NCBI GenBank assembly: GCA_051294375.1
Contig: CM119265.1
Span: 2,514,220-2,578,219, forward strand
Reading direction: 5' to 3'
DNA: 64,000 nucleotides
Origin: Paraspadella gotoi
Lineage: Eukaryota; Animalia; Chaetognatha
A model generated the notes under the pieces. That model saw nothing but the letters and a program-made list of their open reading frames with translations. It made no database searches and was not told the DNA's origin. Made by a program: the position numbers and the translations under genes. Shown one piece after another: positions 11,806 to 25,198 of the stretch. The stretch's first letter is position 1; every line of letters begins with the position of its first letter.

Positions 11806-14800
11806 TTTTCTTCCTTCCTTCCTCCTTTCCTTCCTTCCCTTCCACTCGTCATCATCCCCCCATTTCCTCACCTCCACGTGATAAGACAAATCCGCGGGCG
11901 AGCCGAAGCGGCTCGAGCACCACCTGCAGACGCTGAGGCCTTTGCCGCCGTGTCGCGTAACGGCGTGACGGACGAAAACCGCCTCTCTCTCGAAGTGACA
12001 TCTTCGCCGGAAGGGGATGGGCCGGGCGGCGCAGAGGTGACAGAGGTAGACCTATGTTTTTCACGTAAGTTATAAAACCGAGATCCAGTGGCGCTATTTT
12101 CTAAAAGCGCTCAGTTTCTAAACTTATTTTTCGAGAACGCCCCCTTTTTTTTTTAAATTCGAAATTAGGTTAATTTGTTTTTTTTTTTAGATAATGTTAG
12201 GTTAAGGTTCAGGATTAGGTTAGGGATTGGTTTAAAACCTAATGAAAATATTTCAACAAAATATTAAGATTAAAATTAAATTAGGGGGTAAACGAATGGA
12301 AATGGGGCACCCTTGTAAAAGAGAGAGCCGAACTTCTTTTTAACTACGGCTTCCGTCGTGACTAAAATAAAACCACCAAAGCCAGTCCAAATTCAGCGAA
12401 TGAATGGATAATTTTTATATTGGTTGTACCAATTTCAATAAAACTCTTCAAAAAGAGGTCCCTCACCCTGTTCCCCAAAACTAGATCATACCTTGTCCCC
12501 GTGATTCTCGTAAATGTGTCGGTTCTTCTGAAAGGTGGCCTCGAACGTCTCTCCCGCTCCCTCGACAGTCCCTTCCTCCCCCGCCTCCTTCGCCTTCTCG
12601 ACCTCGGCCTCGCAAAACTCGCAGCGGATCGCCCACTTGACGTGATCGAGATCTCGGTGAAGGGCGAGGTTGTGAGAGGTGGTGAAACGGCGCGGGCAGA
12701 GCGGGCAAGGATGGAGGCGGGCGTCGGGCGGAGAGTGGCGGGAATCCTCGTGAAGGAGGAGGGTGTTGGGATGGAGGAAGTCGGCCGGACACGAAGGGCA
12801 GGCGAGGGTGAAGAGGCGGTGGAACGTCTGGAGTGGGGGGGGGGAGGAATGAATGAACGAATGAATGATTGGTTAATGGAAATTTATTCTCAACTCCTCA
12901 TCAATTTTTGTGGTCAGAAAGATGATTCAGTGGTTGTTGCCAAAACTGGTATCCTCCGGTATCCAGACTCCGCCCCCCTCGCACAAACCTTGAAGTGAGA
13001 GATGAGATACTCGAACCGGGCGTGGGCGACTTTGCATCCAACCACGTGACATCGATATTCTCCCTTCTCGTCTCTTTCGATCTTTGGATATTTGCGAGGA
13101 GCGCCGACGCCTTTGGACTTGAATCCGTGTTTGGCCGACGCCGGATCCCACGTCGGGTCGGAAGGCGCGAGTCCCCGCCGATTTTCCGTCTTCAACGAAG
13201 GCAGAGCGACGCCGGTTTCCATCTTGGCGGCGCCGTTCGACACGCCCGCTGGTCGCCGGTCGATAGATTTCCGTCCATCGATTTCCTCCTCGATTCTCAC
13301 GAGTCTCACGTCGCAGCGACGGAGAGAAAAGTCTTCGAGCGGATCGTCCGCGTTGGCTCTTTGGCGGCGAAGAGGAGGAGGAGATAAGGGAGAAAAGGAG
13401 TCGTCTTCGTCGTCAACGTCGTCGTCGTCGTCGTCGTCGTCGTCGCTCCCCAGTCCGAGTCGAAAATCTGATTCGGCAGAGAGCAGAGAATGTTCGCGCA
13501 AAATAGATTCTTTATTTCCTTCGTCGTTGCTCGTCGATTCCGGCGCTATTTCCGGCTTGACGTCCGGTTCTTCGCTTCGAAGTTGGGCGGCGTCTTTCTC
13601 GGCTTCGCTGAAGGAATTTCTGGCCTCGAATTGATATTTGAGTGCTTCTTCCTCTTCGTCGTCGTTTTCGTCGTCGTCGTCCTCGTCGTCGTCGACGACC
13701 TCAGTTTTAACGGCGTCGATCTCGAATTTCCAGCGCCGGTCCGCCGACGACGCCCGGCGACGCCGCACGATCACGCGGTCCCCGACGGCGTCCTTTTCCG
13801 TCTCCCACGTCAACGCTTCGCCCGCCGCTCCCACCGCCGCCGCCACGATGGAGAAGAGGCGTTCTAAATCGGAGGAGGAGGAAGAGGATGTGGGAGGGAT
13901 CGTCGTCGTTTTCGTCTTCTTGGTCGTCGTCGTTGTAGTCGTCGTCTTCCTCTTCTTATTCAATCCCTTTCTCCTCGCGACGCCCAGCTCCAGCGACCTC
14001 TTCTTCCCCAGCCACGCGCCGTGCCGCTCCTCGAACTTTTCGTAGGAGTTGTCGCAATCGCGGAGTCGAGTTCCCACGAAGCGTTGGACTCTGCGGACGA
14101 GCTGTTCGAGGCGAAGGGTGGAGACGGCGGAGAGGCGTGGGTGGCGGGCAAAGAGGGCGGCGGCGACGGCGCGAGGAGTGGCGGGGCCCGTCGACTTGAG
14201 TTGGGTCCAGACTTCCGCGTTGGAGAGAAGCATTTTGTTTTTTTGTTTTTTTTTGGCGGGAAAATTGAATTTGGAAGAGGAGGATGAGGAGCAGGAGCTT
14301 AAGATGAGAGGCAGTGGAGGAAAGTTGGGAAAAAATTGGAAACGATTTTTTTACTTTTAAATCTCTCTGGAATATTAAGAAAAATAATTGTTCAAAAAGA
14401 CATCACCCTAAAAAGGCGCGTACAACAAACGATATAATAATTAGGAAATATAACTAAACTCAACAGCATATCATAGAACTGAATGACTAGTTTTTCCGAG
14501 CTCGTCATCGCGACATCGCGCCACGCCCATCAGCAATCGCTTGGATCGAGGATCGGCTTCCGTCCGTGAACTTCCCTCTCGTGTCGGTTCCTCACCCCGG
14601 CCGACATAAACTCTTTTCCGCAAACGCAGCAGGGCCAACTGATGCCGCGGTGGACGGCCAGTTGGTGTAGCGTCGCGTTCATTTTGGTCAGGTAAGTCTT
14701 GCCGCAGTCGGCGCACGGGAAGCTGCACGGTGTGGGGCGGGGAATAAGAAACGTTTGAATGAGACGAAATGGGGATAATTAGCCAAAAAAACTAGTAACT

Positions 14801-15587
14801 AGAGAAGAGAGGAAAATAAAACGAAAAAAAAAAAATAAAATGAAACTTGAAAATCAAGTTACATATTAGAATATTAGAATTACATAATAACAAAAAAAAG
14901 GCTTGAAAAGAGAAGCGTTTGGTTACACTCGACACTGAAGAAGTCGTTGCTTAATTATATTTAATAAAAGAAAAAAACCGGATGAGAATAGAGAACGAAA
15001 AAACTAATAAATAAATAAATAAATAAATAATAGAAAACCCAAACCAACCTCTCCCTTCTTCCGCCGTGAACCGTCTTCAAATGCTTCTTCAACGAATTGA
15101 GCCTCGTCAACGTCTTGTCGCAATGAGGACATGGAAAGGGCCTCTCCACGTGCTTGAGCAGGCGGTGGCGCCGCAAGGTGCCGGGCCCGCCGAACGTCTT
15201 CCCGCATTCCTCGCAGACGCTCCGGGCCGCGTGAAACTTTCTCAAGTGTTCTTCGAGATTCGGCGCCGCTACTCCGCATCGCGGGCAGACGGCGTCGGGC
15301 GGCGTCGTTCGCTCGGCCCGGCGTTTCTTGGGCGGCGTGGATTTTGGCGCCGGGTTTAGTTGGTCCTTTTCTTTCGGCTTCCGGTGAATGCGGACGTGTT
15401 TGTCGACGAAGGCGGGCGAGGAGAAAGGGAGACGACAAGTGGGGACGGGGCAGAAGAAGGGGGAGGGGATGGAGACGAGGTCGGGGTGGTGGGATTCTAG
15501 GTGGTAGGTGAGGGTGGAAGGGTAGACTGCCTGGTGGAAGGTGGGGGGAGCGGGAGTAGGGAAGAGAGGATTAGGGAAGGAAATGAA

Positions 15588-15651
<64 letters not shown>

Positions 15652-16520
15652 AAAATAAAGACAGAAAGTCGGAAGAGATATTGTAATTGTTTTTGAAAGG
15701 CAACCACCTTGAACTTATCGCAATGTCGACAGCGCATCAAGCCCTCCCCTCCATGCTCGGATTCGATGTGATGCACGAGCTCCGTCTCTCGCGCGAAAAA
15801 TCGAACTCGACAAACGAGGCAACCGAATACCAGGTGGGCGTGGGCGGCGATCACGTGCCTGTAAGACGGGGGGGGGGCTTGACGACGTTTAAAGTGGAGA
15901 TCGATTGATTGATTTATTAATTTTGGACGTAAAGGTAAATCTATCAAGCTCTATCTATCAAGCATTTTCCAAGTTACTGCTCCTTATTCGAGCATATTCC
16001 GAGCACCCGTTCCAACATGGAAGCATTTTCCGACCGTTTGCTCCGCCTGTCAAGCATCTGCCAAGCACCTGTTCCTCTGCCGCAGTCGTTCAAACTCTTC
16101 GTCGCAGTGCGGGCACCTTTGAGTAGCGCCGGGCGCGTGTTCCAGTCTCAGATGGCGCCTTAGGTTTTCCTCGGAGGAGAAACGTCGGGAACAGGGTGGA
16201 GCAGAGCAGGAGAAGTCGCCGAGAGGAGATGAATGGGCGGAGTCTGAGTGGAGGGCGAGGCGACTGGAGGAGAGGAAACCTTTGTCGCAATGGTCGCACT
16301 TGTGGAGGAAGAGCTCGTGATCTTCCTATAGGAGGGGGAAGAGGAGGAATAGGAATTACTTAAAATGCTCTCTCTCTCTCTCTCTCTCTATCATTTCGAT
16401 AAACCTTCATGTGCAGAATGAGTCTGTTGTAGGTACAAAAGTCGGTGCCACAACCGTTCATCGGGCAAACGAATTGACCGGCGGAGTTCGCTTCGATCTT
16501 TGGGTATTTGCGGTGGACCT

Positions 16521-16581
<61 letters not shown>

Positions 16582-19500
16582 TAGTTTAAATTAGTTTTTT
16601 TCTAGATACTTCCAAATTATTTCCAGTAACTCACTTTATTGTTGGTAAGGGTCGAAGCTTTTCGCTTGAGGGACCTTAACTTGCGAATTCTTTCAATGAC
16701 GTTTGGGTTTTTTTGACATCTTGGGGGGGGGGGATGAATATTGAAGCAGGGAGACTGATCTTTCAAACGAAGAAGAAAACTGAAGTCGGAAAGTGAACCT
16801 ACTTTGTCTGATCGTCGTCGTCGTCGTCGTCGATCTCGTTAATCGTAATCTCGTAATTCTCGTCGTCGTCGTCGCCATCCAACGTCGCCGGTACGCGTCG
16901 TCCGGAATTCCGCCAGCTACCGGCGTCGTCCGTCTCCGATTTAACGTCCGGAGACTCGGTTTTCACCGGCGCCGCAGAATCGGCAGTCGCCGCGTCGGCG
17001 TCGTTTCCGCAATTGAGTTGAAGAATTTTAGGTTTAACGTCGCCCTCGAAAGATACGGAAAAATCTGGAAGCGGCGTCGTTTCCCGGCGTCGCGAGTTTT
17101 CTTCTCTTCGTCGCCGTCGTCGCACCACGATCTTCTCGGCGGCGGCGTCTTTCTTGACGAGCCACTCGGACGCCGAGGACGCCGCGTCTTCTACCGCCGA
17201 TTGGATGGCGGCGAAGACCCGTTCAAGTTCTGAGGAGGAGGAGGAGGAGGAGGCGGCGAAGAGCCGTTCAAGTTCTGAGGAGGAGGAAGAGAGTCGAAGC
17301 TCCATTTCTGACAAAAACATATCTTCGGTTTTTTTTGTCTTCAATTTTTTTTTTTTTGTGATCTTCAACCCGCCCCGTCGCATAGTTTAACTGTCTATAT
17401 ATAGTTTATTATGCAGACGTTATGAAGACAACTAGAATCGCTGGTAAAAAAAAAAGGGTAACAAGAGTAAATAAGAAAAGATTTGTAAACATTTGAGGAA
17501 GCAGCTTGAGGTGCGCCGCGGAACAAAATAAAAACCCATTGTTTTGATTTAAAATCCCGCAACACGAATCCCCTTCACGTTGCTGCGTCCCCTCGCATCT
17601 TTTTCCTCTTGCGCTGATAAATCTTGTGCGTGTTGCGCACGTGCCGGTTGCGTACGTCCTTTCGGTCGAACACCATAGGGCACTCGGAACAAGGCCACGT
17701 GATTCCACGGTGCACGGCCTGTACGTGAGCCGTCGCGTTGATCTCGAACGCGAACCGTTTTCCGCATTCCGGGCAGGGAAATCTTTGGGGGGGGGGAGGG
17801 GGCGAGAGAGAGAGAGAAAGAGAGAGAATATGTACGTGAAAAATTGTGTACGAATGTGCGAGAATGGAGGAGCTGAGGTGAGAGAATGTAGTAACATCAT
17901 TGTCGATAATTTTTAGGCTACAAACTCTACAAATATACACAGGAACTTCAATCTGGAGTGATACGAAAAAACTTGTAATAAATCGAAACGAAGAGCAATC
18001 AGGTTATAAAATTTTTTCATACTAATAGAAAATTATGATTAATAAGATACTGTAGTAAATGTATCACGAACCATAATATAAAAAAAAATTATAATATAAA
18101 TAATTCTTGATAATAATCATTAATTTCATTATGTTTTGCCTTTAAAATCTATTAAAAATAAAATTTTTTATTTTTATGTCAGATAACTTCACAATCAGCG
18201 TTAAAAATTGTTAAATAGTTAAAAACTATTAAAATTTGGACAAAAAAATGAAGAAAGGGGACTCCGCGTTTGAGAGCCACTGTGATTATCATGATTATGA
18301 ACGACAGAAAAAACCAATTAATTTAAGGTATTAAGCGCGAACCTTTTCTTTTCCGCTTCGTTCACGTGAACGCTGTTCATGTGACGTCGGAGCGAGGTGG
18401 GCAAAGTCAGGACGCTGTCGCACAGCGGACAGGGAAAGCTCCGATCAACGTGTTTAAAGAGACGGTGTTGCCGCAACTTGGCAGGGTTGGGGAAAGATTT
18501 GCCGCAGTCGTCGCAGAGGCTGGCTGCGGCGCGGTGAGTTTTGAGGTGAGTGGCGAGGTTGAAGACAGAGGCGCCGCACCGCGGGCAAACGGTGCGCGAA
18601 AGACGTTGACTCTTCGGGGCTTTGTGGACGTATTTTCGTTTGAAGAGGACTGGGGGGGATTTAGGAACAGGGGACAGAGATTTAAGGGGAAGGGAGGGGA
18701 GGATTGTTTTGATACTATTAGTAAGTATTAGTATTAGAATTAGTATCATCCAAAATTGCTTAGTTCGTGGTTATCCTAATATTATTACGCACTGCTTTTT
18801 AGTCTGATCTGCTCATCAGGAGATTCCGACTCTATAATTCACTTTGTCGGTCCGTGGGTCCTACCCCAAAAGCTTGTCGGTAAATCATATCAGAATATCG
18901 AATTATGATAAATTATGCAAAAAAAAATGATGTCCGTCGGTTTGTCTGAGTGTCCGTCCCCCCTTAGCAAAAACCTACAATTACTCGTGTTTGGATGGAT
19001 GGATTGGAATGAAATTTTGTGTATGGTTAGGAAAGTGTGTAATTGAGCGGGATATAAAGTTTCGATGGAATCGTACGAGTGGAAATCTTTTTACCAGTTT
19101 TAACCCATAATTACTCTAATTAATTTTAATTGGATGGATAAATTGAGATGAGATTTTGTGTGTGGGTAAGAAAGTGTGTAACAAAGCTGGATAGTGGATA
19201 TAGTTTCAATAGAATCGCGCATGTGGAAATGAGTTTAAATGAAGAAAATATAAATCACATTTAAATGAATCTTTTTACTAATTTTAATTTTAATTTTAAA
19301 TATCCGCAGCAGCAAATTCGCGATTTATTTGCCGTCCTTCCATTTCATAACGCGGAAAATATTGAAATGCGCCCTTATGCCACATTACCCTACATCCCTG
19401 GAGTGACCCATCAGCTACAGCTGGCCTACGCGAGGTCAGGGGCCAATCTGTTCAGCAAGAGTGGTCAGACTGTTTCTAGCATCCTGTGTGCTAAAAACAA

Positions 19501-22500
19501 GTCAAAACCTCCTCCACTGAAAGGGAAGGGGGTCTATAAATTTTCTTGTTCTTGCTCTGACAAATCAATCTACGTTGGAGAAACTCGACGAAGTTTTGAC
19601 ATTCGTGCGGAAGAACACCGGAAAGCCGCAGAAAGCAGTTCTTCAAATCTCTCGGGAATCTCACAGCATAGGACATAAAGTTCCGATGGAATCGAGGAGT
19701 GGAAATGGGTTTGCAAGGAAAAAACCAAAGTCAAGTTGACTTAAATATTTATTATTTAATATTTATGCTTACTCACAAATATATTATTTAATTAATTAAA
19801 GTGAAAAAATGATGCAATTTGACAAAAAGATGCAAATTGAAAAAATGATGCAAGTTAAGAAAATGAGGCAAGTTGAAAAAATGATGCAAGTAAAAAAAAT
19901 GAATGAAAAAAATTATTTGTTTGTACCATAGTAACAGTTCAGTTTAATCCCTTGCAAGCGATTTACATGTATTGGCGAAGCCATTGGTTTGGTATGTTAT
20001 GATCTGTTATGATCAGTTATGATCAAAAATTGAAAGAATTATGATAAAATAATTAGCTAATTACCGCTTAATTAATAAAAAAAAAATTATCATAGGCAGA
20101 TCCGACATTGTTTGCTCAAACTTGTTATTTGTATCAAAGCACTGAGTAACAAATGTGTGGATAAGGCGCTAAGTGGGCTGAAGATGACTATCCGCAACTT
20201 TTTTAACCCCTCAAGCATCCATGGAACGGGTCTGGGCTTGGAACCAGACTTGAGGATTTTCCACGCCCCCAAGGTGGCTTACGGCCGTCCTCACGCTTCA
20301 CGCAGGGTAGGTACCGGGTTGGGATTGAACCCGGTACCTAAATAAATAAATAAAGGATGTAATAAACCAAGGCTTATTTCGACATTTATATCTCCAATCA
20401 CTGTAAGATGAGCATTAGTGGGGTCCTAAAAAGATTACTTGGCTGAACTAATTTCCCATAACTGAGTACATCCCTCATATCACCGCCCTTACTCTTTTCC
20501 TTTGACTCACCCCCTGTCTCCCCGTTCTGCCCCGCGGCCTCTTGCGGGTTTCCTCGCGGTTTTCGATGCGAGATGGCGTGGCGGGCGGCGAATTCGGGGC
20601 AGGAGAAAGGAAGACGGCAGGTGGGGACTGAGCAGAGGAAGAAGGGAGAGGTGATGGAGACGACGTCAGGGTGGTGGGATTCCAGGTGGTAGGACAGGGT
20701 AGTGGTGGAATCAGTCTGGTGAGGGAAAATTTCTTTTTTATAATTTATCCTTTCTTTCTGCAGTTCTAAAAAAGGTTTCAACATCAATTTTTGCCCCGTA
20801 GACATTGTGGTTACATTGTGGCTTCTCTTTTTCATTGTTTTTCATTGTTTTTCATTGTTTGTGTGACTAGAACGACAAAATTTCTTTTTGAATGTTTAAA
20901 CGTTTAAACATTGATTTCAAATCAAAATGTCCCCTTCTTTAAAAAATATCAATATCGTCGCTTGTAAAATTTAGCCATTTAATTATTTTTTTTAGTAGAC
21001 TGGTTTCCAGAAAATTTCGACTGACTACCTTGTAATCGCAGTTTGCCTCGCTACAGAACTGGATCCCTATCCCGTTGTGAACTCGTTTGATATGTTGAAT
21101 GAGTTGCCGCTCTTTTGTGAAGTAGCGAATTCCGCAGAGGAGACAGGGAAAGATTTCAGGATGGTCGCTGTGCTCTGCGATCACGTGTCTAGACAAATGA
21201 CGATAATTAATGACAGGCATCAAGAACAGTAAAAAAAAAGGAACTGCAAACTGTAAAAGAACTAAATTGTAAACAGATTTCGCCAAAATGGTTGGGTCTG
21301 GATGATTTTGCCCCTCTAAATTTTGTATTCGCTTGAACTTAATTATTTGAATTAACGTCTGAGGGTAAGAGAAAAAAAGACTCTTTCCAATATTGTTCAG
21401 TTGATACTTACAATATTGATTAACTTTGTACCACAACACAAATTGGGCCAAACTAAGGATTTGTTAAAATTATCTCCACCCGTTTCTAATGATAAAAGAG
21501 TACCATTTTGGCAACTTTTAGGGAAAAAAATTGTATCCATTTTTATCTATTTTTATTTTCGACTTCTGGTTTGAATGCCAAGGAAAGTTGAGAAAAATAT
21601 TTTACTTTGGATTTCAGTTCTTCTTTATCTTTTTTACTTCTGGGTAAAGTTATTTGCTTAAATCATTTGTAGTTTGCCTATAAATTAATTTTAAAATAGA
21701 CAAGTCAAAAAATTACAGTTTCAGTCTTTATCATAATTTGTTCAATAAAAATAATTCAAATTAATTTAAATTATAAAAAATATAGCCTATTGAATAAGCT
21801 TTTAACTACAAAATTATCAAAAAAAACTTTTTTAAAAAAAACTTTTTACTTGTAACTTTTTGAGTTTGCCTATAAATTAATTTTAAAATAGACAAGTCAA
21901 AAAATTACAGTTTCAGTCTTTATCATAATTTTAAAAAAAAACTTTTTACTTGTAACTTTTTGATATAGTGAATATTTTCAATTCATTTATTAGTTTTAAA
22001 AGATGTGGAACATACTGACATTGATAAAATAAAAAAACTGTATCATTTTAATCTGCAAGTCAATAAAAACTAAAATAAAAACCTCTATTACCATTAATTT
22101 TTTTTAAATAAAAGTTATCTGTAAGTCGCCTCACTGTACTATAAAATTCCAACTACTTTTTTCTAAAATTAAATAGTTAATGATATTAGATTGACAATCA
22201 TTGAGGAAATTATATCTTACCGTATTTTTAACTCATAGAAATTTACACAGGAAGTTCTAAGTGATAAAAAGGAGATAACCAGAGACTACAGTAACTTTTC
22301 TCTAGACTCCTCGTAGTCCAGGGAATGAATAACTCATAAAGTTATCGTTATATTTATAAAATATGAAGGCCTATTGAATAAGCTTTTAACTACAAAATTA
22401 CAAAAAAAACTTTTTTAAAAAAAACTTTTTACTTGTACTTTTTGAGTTTGCCTATAAATTAATTTTAAAATAGACAAGTCAAAAAATTACAGTTTCAGTC

Positions 22501-25161
22501 TTTATCATAATTTGTTCAATAAAAATAATTCAAATTAATTTAAATTAATAGAAATATAGCCTATTGAATAAGCTTTTAAACTACAAATTATCAAAAAAAA
22601 CTTTTTAAAAAAAAACTTTTTACTTGTAACTTTTTTGATATATTTTGTAGAAATTCTTATTTTACTATATTCATTTATTAGTATTTATAAAGATGTGTGA
22701 CACTAGACTGATTGATAAACATAAAAAAAACTGTATCATTTTAATCTGCAAGTCAATAAAAACTAAAATAAAAACCTCTATTACATTAATTTTTTTTAAA
22801 TAAAAGTTATCTGTAAGTCGCCTCACTGTACTATAAAATTCCAACTACTTTTTTCTAAAATTAAATAGTTAATGATATTAGATTGACAATCATTGAGGAA
22901 ATTATATCTTACCGTATTTTTAACTCATAGAAATTTACACAGGAAGTTCTAAGTGATAAAAAGGAGATAACCAGAGACTACAGTAACTTTTCTCTAGACT
23001 CCTCGTAGTCCAGGGAATGAATAACTCATAAAGTTATCGTTATAATGAGCTAAGATTTCGTAAAAAGATGAAGGAAAATTTGCTCTATTGCCCACCTGAT
23101 AGAAATAATGAATTCAAAAATTTTGCGCTAAGGTCTTGATTTATTTTTTATTTTGTTTTGCTTTTAAAACAGTTATTTCTTTTTTAATTTGTTTTATTTT
23201 TGGTCCATTTAATCGACTAACATGCCCGCACATATTGATGTAATTTCAGGGAGGTATTTAAAAAAACATAGGAGTTATCACATAAAAATGAGTTTAAAAC
23301 TTTTTTCACTAAAATAGTCAAAAATAATGAATCAAATTACGTGATGATTTTAAAATATTGTAAACGTGTGCTTTAACCTAAGACAACCCCAAATTAAAAA
23401 AAAAAATTACCACACTAAAAAAACTTGGATTACAAGATTAAAACATTTGTCATTTTTTGAGATATGCAGTCTAATTAAATTTTTCTGTCCCAAGGCAAAG
23501 AGGGGATCAAGCTGATTCCAAATATATGTATATATATAATAGACTTTTAAAATTAACTTTGAGTAATATGACCCAATAACTGTCAAAAATACTAAAAAAA
23601 ACAATTTTCAAGCACTTATAAAAACTAGCCACCTAAAACTTATTAATTGAAATTTGTATCTTTAATTTTATACCACTTAAAGTTTAAAATGAAGAAAACA
23701 GATTTTAAAATTTTTGATTAGTTTCAAAGTTATTAACCGAATGTGCAGTGTTAATACAACAAGTTGAAGATTGAGAAAATTAATTTTTGTAGGGTAAAAA
23801 TATTTAAAACAGTACAGCGTCGGGTCAATATTTACAGGACAGTGCGGAAAAAAAACAAAGACATCATGTTTGAAAAAGATAGAGTGTGTGAAAAAAGTAA
23901 GTGACTAGTAAGTGAGTTAGCAAGTGAGTGAGTGAGTGAGAAAAGAGAGAGAGGGCAGAAATCAAAGTTGCGCGTTGTTATTGCTGTTCTTTCACAAGTA
24001 AAGTCAGGATAAAGCAACAAAGAACATAATGACAAAGACACACTTTAAATTGCTGAAAGCTTACCATTTCCGATTACTAACAAATGAAAATTACGGCCGC
24101 GTTTCCCATTAAGTTTTGCTTAGGGTTTCGGTTAGGGATAAGTTAGATTGAGGGAATAATTTATGGATAGGGTTAGGGATTAGGGTTAAGGATTAGGATT
24201 AAGGCAAGGGATAAGGATTAAAAATCTGGTTTTAGGATTAGCGTTGGGAATTCTAAAAGTTAGGAACGAACAACATTATACTAATGAACATTTATGTAAT
24301 AAAAAAAATTTATAATAAATTTTACAATTTACGCAGTAGGCCATATTTATACTAGTACTAAACCAATAAATGTTAAAATTTCAAAACAGTTTTTCTAAGA
24401 TTTTTTTTGCAGATTTGGATTTGTCATAAAAAGTTGATAAAAAGAAATATAACTCTTTTTTGAAAAATTCCTTCATTAAGTGGGTCAAAAATGAAAAAAA
24501 CTATATTTTAAGCTGAAAATTAGCTTTTTATTAGGGGTCGGAGCACCGCTCGATTCAAGGGGGATGTAAATTTTAGACGTAACTAACATTTTATAAAAAT
24601 AATTACTATAACAATTGAACAAAATATGCTCACAATTCTTTGCGCATAATTTAAAACGATTAAATTAATATGATTTTTTTAATTCTCTTTATTTCTTTAT
24701 TTCCCTAGCGGAACTTTCTGAAAACAAAAGGTTTTAAATGGTTTTGTTAAAAAAATGTTTTTAAATTTTACTAAACATTTATATTTTAGATATAGAAGTA
24801 TTACAGTAGCTTCACATCAAGAAAAAGATCGTAAAAAAAGCCTTCCATCTTATGCTCATCATGCATTATGCCTCTTGGAGATATAAATTTGGTGCGACGT
24901 TGTTCTTCCATTCCTATCTGATCTTATCTTCAGTTTTCCCTCATCTATTCTCTCTAAAATTTGCCTTGTCCTTTAGATAGCTGTTTTGAATACTTTTTAC
25001 CCTTTTACCTTGTGTTAAAATTTATAATTTACACCAGATGATTCTGTTCTATTCCTCTCCTTTCCTCCTCTCTTATCTGTCTGTTTTCTCTTCTCTCTCG
25101 TCTCTCTCTCTTATTCCCATCTCTCTCTCTCCTCTCNNNNNNNNNNNNNNNNNNNNNNNNN

Positions 25162-25198
<37 letters not shown>

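Noticed and set aside
11071-14360. Long plus-strand ORFs overlapping the zinc-finger genes (also at 15066, 16793, 40213-40919, 41692-43818, 45027-45869)
   Set aside because: Antisense or alternative-frame shadows of GC-rich coding exons, with no independent motifs.
19265-19678. Domesticated GIY-YIG nuclease gene
   Set aside because: A short fragment without RT or credible gene structure, embedded in another repeat; best read as Penelope debris.
21670-23045. Functional significance of the ~690-bp direct duplication
   Set aside because: Non-coding and AT-rich with small indel differences; it may be an assembly overlap and I see no evidence of function.
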